Shown here: positions 21,397 to 26,279 of the stretch, piece after piece
How positions within the stretch are numbered: the first letter of the stretch is position 1
Layout: the number at the start of each line of letters is the position of its first letter
DNA from: Octopus sinensis
Taxonomy: Eukaryota
Length of the DNA: 26,279 nt
Direction: 5' to 3'
NCBI RefSeq assembly: GCF_006345805.1
Contig: NW_021836050.1
Span: 1 to 26,279 of the forward strand
Program-made: the position numbers and the translations under genes
The notes under the pieces: model-generated
The model's input: the letters and a program-made list of their open reading frames with translations, nothing else
Databases searched by the model: none
Told to the model about the DNA's origin: nothing

Positions 21397-22128
21397 AAGC
21401 CCATGGTTTAGTGGTGAGAGTATGCGGCTCATGATTGTAAAATCACAAATTCGATTCCCGGCGGCGCGTTGTGCCCATATGCATAGTAATTTATTTCACG
21501 TTGCTCCAGTCCACTCAGCAGGCAAAAACAAGCAGTACCTGTATTTCTAAGGACCAGCCTTGTCGCATTTTGTTATTTCTTTATTGCCCAAAGGGCTAAA
21601 CATAGAGGGGACAAACAAGGGGATTAAGTCGATTACCTCGACCCCTGTACGCAACTGGTAGTTAATTTATCGACCCTGAAAGGATGAAAGGCAAAGTCGA
21701 CCTCGGCGGAATTTGAACTCAGAACGTAACGGCAGACGAAATACCTATTTCTTTACTACCCACAAGGGGCTAAACACACAGAGGACAAACAAGGACAGAC
21801 AAACGGATTAAGTCGATTATATCGATCCCAGTGCGTAACTGGTACTTAATTTATCGACCTCGAAAGGATGAAAGGCAAAGTCAACCTAGGCAGAATTTGA
21901 ACTCAAAACGTAGCGGCAGACGAAATACCACTAAGCATTTCGCTCGGCGTGCTAACGTTTCTGCCAGCTCGCCGCCTTTTTCACATTTTGTGGCACAATG
22001 AATCTCCCTGAGTACTCCACGCGTGTCTATGGAGTACTCAGCCATCGGCCTGTTAATTTCATGAGCAGGATGTTTCATTGACCGGATCAACTAGAACCCT
22101 CGTCGTCATAACCGACGGAAAGCCAGTG
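21397..22128 (+). mobile_element. tRNA-derived SINE interrupted by a type A SINE dimer
   Basis: Head (tggtttagtgg...aattcgattcc; tttatttcacgttgctccagtccactcagc) resembles 25177-25310; the body resumes after 21981. Confidence 0.65.
21574..21976 (-). mobile_element. Type A SINE dimer (full copy 21746-21976 plus head-less copy 21574-21745) with 11-bp target-site duplication
   Basis: Direct junction gacgaaatacc|tatttctttactacc; flanking tcgcattttgt (21563-21573) and tcacattttgt (21981-21991). Confidence 0.85.
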
Positions 22129-22358
22129 AAAAAGCAGATGACACGGAATAACTGTCACCACATCCAAAATATTGACGCTCCACAATCCCACAATAAAGTC
22201 ACAAACATCACAACCTATTATAGTATAAGAAGAACAACCAAAAGAAGCTTTTGACCGTTGGCATGATCTCTTAGAAATAATAGCCAAATATTTCTCGAAT
22301 CACAAACTAAACTTTTTCAGAAAAGCAAAGACTTAATAAATTCTCAAATATATATATA

Positions 22359-22667
22359 GGCGCAGGAGTGGCTATGTAGTAAGTAGCTTGCTTACCAACA
22401 ACATGGTTCCGGGTTCAGTCCCACTGCGTGGCACCTTGGGCAAGTGTCTTCTACTATAGCCTCGGGCCGACCAAAGGCTTGTGAGTGGATTTGGTAGACG
22501 GAAACTGAAAGAAGCCTGTTGGTGTGTTTACGTCCCCGTAACTTTGGCAAGGGACCGATCCAATAAGTACTAGGCTTACGAAGAATAAGTCCTGGAGTCG
22601 ATTTGTTCGACTAAAGGCGGTGCTACAGCATCGCCGCGATCAAATGATTGAAACAAATAAAAGAATA
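22359..22667 (+). mobile_element. Type B SINE (tRNA head, CORE-like gcaccttgggcaagtg, LINE-like two-hairpin tail), lacking the internal microsatellite
   Basis: B-box-like GGGTTCAGTCCC; tail ggcggtgctacagcatcgcc-g-cgatcaaatgattg-aaac; flanked by TA repeats. Confidence 0.85.
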
Positions 22668-22942
22668 TACATACATATATATATATACATATACATACAT
22701 AACATTGTGTGTGTATATATATATATATATAATATATATAGTATATATATATATTATATATATACATATATTACATATATATACATATATATACACACAA
22801 CATTTTACCCCCTTCGTAAATGTATATAAGGACACAGGGAAAAATGTGTCAAGCCATCAGGAGGCGTTCGATGCTTCCCAGGGCTTACAGCGGTGGTGTA
22901 CCCCCCTACTGTCACGTTCGTGTTAGATTGACAGTATACAAC

Positions 22943-23013
<71 letters not shown>

Positions 23014-23163
23014 AAGCGAGAAAGAGAGAAGAGAGATATAAACACATGGAACATACATATGTCTATAAACACAAATATACATATATGTATATGTAAATAT
23101 AATATATATTGCATATGCATATATGCATGTAAATACATACCGCACAAGCATATATACATATAT

Positions 23164-23219
<56 letters not shown>

Positions 23220-23222
23220 TGC

Positions 23223-23260
<38 letters not shown>

Positions 23261-23394
23261 CACACCAAACACCACACACATATACATGCATACTTGTAAA
23301 TGTATGTGATATGTGCCTGTGTGAATATGTGTATATATGTGTGTGTATATCTAACTACCTATCTACTTGTCTTTCGGTCTCTCTCTCCCTCTCT

Positions 23395-23402
23395 CCTCTC
23401 TC

Positions 23403-23438
<36 letters not shown>

Positions 23439-23680
23439 CCTATCAATCTATATATATATATATCTATCTATCTATCTATTATCTATCATCTATCTATCTA
23501 CTATCTATCTATCTATCTATCTATCTTCTATCTATCTATCTACCTATCTATCTATCTATCATCTATCTATCTATCTCTGTCTATCTATCTATCTATCTAT
23601 CAATCTATCTATCTACTATCAATCTGTCTATCTATCTATCTATCTATCTGTCTGTCTATCTATCTATCTATCTACATCTG

Positions 23681-23745
<65 letters not shown>
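23395..23745. repeat. (TATC)n microsatellite
   Basis: About 350 bp imperfect tetranucleotide run. Confidence 0.95.
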
Positions 23746-23748
<3 letters not shown>

Positions 23749-23776
23749 ACACCATATATCATAACACTGTGATACA

Positions 23777-24399
23777 CGATCCCTATTGATCGTTTTTTTT
23801 CCTCTTCCCCCTTTTCCCCCCCTTTTTCTTGTTTTTTCATTTCTCTTTTCTTTTGTTCCTTTTCCTTTTCTTTTTTTTTCTTTTTATTCTTTTCATTTTT
23901 TATTTTATTTATTTATTTATTTATTTTTTTTGTTGTTCTTTTCTTCCCTTTTACGATCCCTCTTGATCGAAAACCTACGCCACCCCTTTTTTTTTCTTTT
24001 GTTTTTTTGTTTTTTTTTCATCTCCCCAAAGGAAAAGCTCTACCTTGTAACTTGTCCCATCTGTGTGCAGCCCTGTGTGGCCAATAAAGAAACTTATCTA
24101 TCTATCTATCTATTTTTTTTCCTCTTTCCTCCTTTTTTTCCCCCTTTTTTCTTCTTTTTTTCCTTTCTCTTTTTCTTTTGTTCCTTTTCCTTTCCTTCCT
24201 TTTTTTTTTTTCTTTTTATTCTTTTATTTTTTATTTTATTTAGTTTTTTGTTCTTTTCTTCCTTTTACGATCCCTCTTGATCGAAAACCTTATTTTTTTT
24301 TTCTTTTGTTTTTTGTTTTTTCATCCCCCAAAAGAAAAGCTCTACCTTATAACTTGTCCCATCTGGAGTGCAGCCTTGTGTGGCCAATAAAGAAACTTA

Positions 24400-24405
<6 letters not shown>
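23777..24405 (+). repeat. Diverged partial tandem repeat of a T-rich element ending gtggccaataaagaaa
   Basis: cgatccct(a/c)ttgatcg at 23777, 23954 and 24268; gaaaagctctacctt...gccaataaagaaacttatctatc block at about 24032-24105 and 24334-24405. Confidence 0.85.
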
Positions 24406-24477
<72 letters not shown>

Positions 24478-24865
24478 CATGCTTGTGTAGTCATGTTTCT
24501 AGGTGTGTGTATATTGCTACTGCGCATCTGTATTTCTCCTCTGGTGAAAAGAACAGCATTGCTGTAGAAATGTTGTCGCATACATCACGTTTGCTCTCCG
24601 TTGGTCATGGTGCTACTGCAGTTGAGCACCTCACATATATCCACCTATATATATACATTTAGACATAAGCGCATACCCGTTCACCACCTGAAGCACACAC
24701 AAATACTCACACACAAGCATGCACACACACACATACACACTTACATCAAATGTGTGTGTATATGTGTATAGACATATGTGTGTTTGTGTAATTATACGCA
24801 ATGCTATATTTATAAGTAACATGTATATACCTTTACAAAGGTATCTGTGAGGGTATATATATATA

Positions 24866-24899
<34 letters not shown>

Positions 24900-25176
24900 C
24901 CCTCACAGATACCTTCATATATATACCTATATATATATATATATATAGAATGATTATGCATATGATGTAATCTATTCATCAATATTTATGTGCAAGCATA
25001 CATATATGTTTCCACGAGTATATATATGTATATATACTCATGTATATGTGTGTATATATTGTGTTAATGCTATTTAGTGTTATGCCTACGCAAATTATAA
25101 CACCTGCGCGCACACACACACACACAAACACATACGCACACTCATACACACATATATATAAGGAAGTAGATACACA

Positions 25177-25500
25177 GGCGCATGGCTCAGTGGTTAGAGC
25201 GTCGAGCTTACGATCGAGTGGTTGTGAGTTCGAATCCCGGACCGGGTTGTGTGTTGTGTTCCTGAGCTATTCACTTTATTTCACGTTGCTCCAGTTCACT
25301 CAGCTGTAGAAATGAGTTGCGACGTCACAGGTGCTGAGCTGTATCGGTCCCTTTGTCTTTCCCTTGGATAAAACTGGTGGCGTAGAGAAGGGAGGCCGAT
25401 ATGCATGGGCGACTGCTGGTCTTCCATAAGCAACCTTGCCTGGACGTGTACCACTTTCTAAGTGCAATCCCATGGTCTGTCATGACCGAAGAGGGGTCTC
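25177..25500 (+). mobile_element. Full-length tRNA-derived SINE
   Basis: A-box TGGCTCAGTGG (25183-25193), B-box GAGTTCGAATCC (25226-25237), no tRNA acceptor stem, unrelated 3' body. Confidence 0.85.
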
Positions 25501-25929
25501 AGCAGATACACACACGCATGCTCACTTGTACATACATGCAACTATATATATGTATATGTATGTGTGAGTGTGTGTGTGTGTGTGTGTGTGAGTGTGTGTG
25601 TCGAGTGTGTATATGTGAATGGTCAATATGTCAATGGTGATATTTCAAGTCGGCATATATGTGTACATATATGTGTATGTGTGGCGCGTGTGTGTGTTGA
25701 GTGTACGTGTGTGTGTATGAGTGTGCGTGTTTGTGTATGTATGTGCGTGTGCGTGCGTGCGCGTGTATGTGTGTATGTGTGTGCGCGCGCATGTATGCGT
25801 GTGTGTATATGTGCCTGTGTGTGTATGCGTGTGTATATGTGAGTGTGTACGTGTCTATGTGTGTGTGTGTGCTGCAGTGTGCTACAAGAAAGAAGAAATA
25901 TCAATACCACCGTTACACCGTTATAAGCA

Positions 25930-26032
25930 CAGACATTGTTGTGTGGTTAAGAAACTCGCTTTGAAACCACAGATATTCGGGTTCGGTCCTACTGCGCTGC
26001 ACATTGGACAAGGGTCTTCTAATATAGCTTAG
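25930..26032 (+). mobile_element. Degenerate type B SINE head
   Basis: tgtgtggttaag...cgggttcggtcctactgcg...ttggacaagggtcttctaatatagc matches 22370-22462. Confidence 0.65.
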
Positions 26033-26136
26033 CTATGTACACATTTGCTCTCTGTCTGTCTCTCTTTCTCTCTCTCTCTCTGACTCCGTCTCTCTCGTTC
26101 TTTCTCTTTCTCTCTCTCCCCGTCTCTCTCGTTCTT

Positions 26137-26178
<42 letters not shown>

Positions 26179-26214
26179 ATTCCTGTGCCATGTATATGTA
26201 TGTATATATATATT

Positions 26215-26279
26215 CATTTATTCCTTTACTTCTCCGGCCATGCTGGAGCACTGCCTTTAGTCGAGCAATCGACCCGAAG
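26215..26279 (-). mobile_element. Type B SINE tail running out of the window
   Basis: Minus strand gtcgattgctcgactaaaggcagtgctccagcatggcc matches 22597-22635. Confidence 0.7.

Noticed and set aside
25177-25250. tRNA gene (also at about 18670-18741)
   Set aside because: A and B boxes are present but there is no acceptor stem or proper cloverleaf, and the sequence continues into repeat bodies; these are SINE heads.
776-26251. Dozens of ORFs rich in YI/HT/CV/LSIY repeats in the ORF track
   Set aside because: They are translations of (TA)n, (CA)n, (TG)n and (TATC)n microsatellites or T-rich tracts, with no domain signal.

Overview
AT-rich, microsatellite-dense eukaryotic non-coding DNA (intronic or intergenic) with no host-gene exon I can support. 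The repeat content resembles that of octopus (coleoid cephalopod) genomes; this is an inference from tRNA-derived SINE types and dense (TA)n/(CA)n/(TATC)n tracts. Main contents: (1) a 5'-truncated but otherwise near-complete, inactivated APE+RT non-LTR retrotransposon (12201-15980) whose ORF1 remnant has a CCCH zinc finger, plus an older 3' fragment of the same group (3149-4392, minus strand); (2) about 15 tRNA-derived SINE copies or fragments of several modular types, some ending in the same two-hairpin 3' tail as the LINE; (3) Penelope-like remnants (a GIY-YIG fragment and pLTR pieces) carrying a cluster of minimal type-I hammerhead ribozyme motifs, one with an intact core (8155-8200) and several variant cores; (4) a Tc1-type transposase fragment with D36E spacing, a mariner-derived remnant and a possible piggyBac-like MITE; (5) a 347-bp fold-back palindrome, a 498-bp exact tandem duplication, and a 1.5-kb highly diverged 29-bp tandem array. 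Nearly all other ORFs in the supplied track are microsatellite artefacts. All alignments and folds were done by eye.
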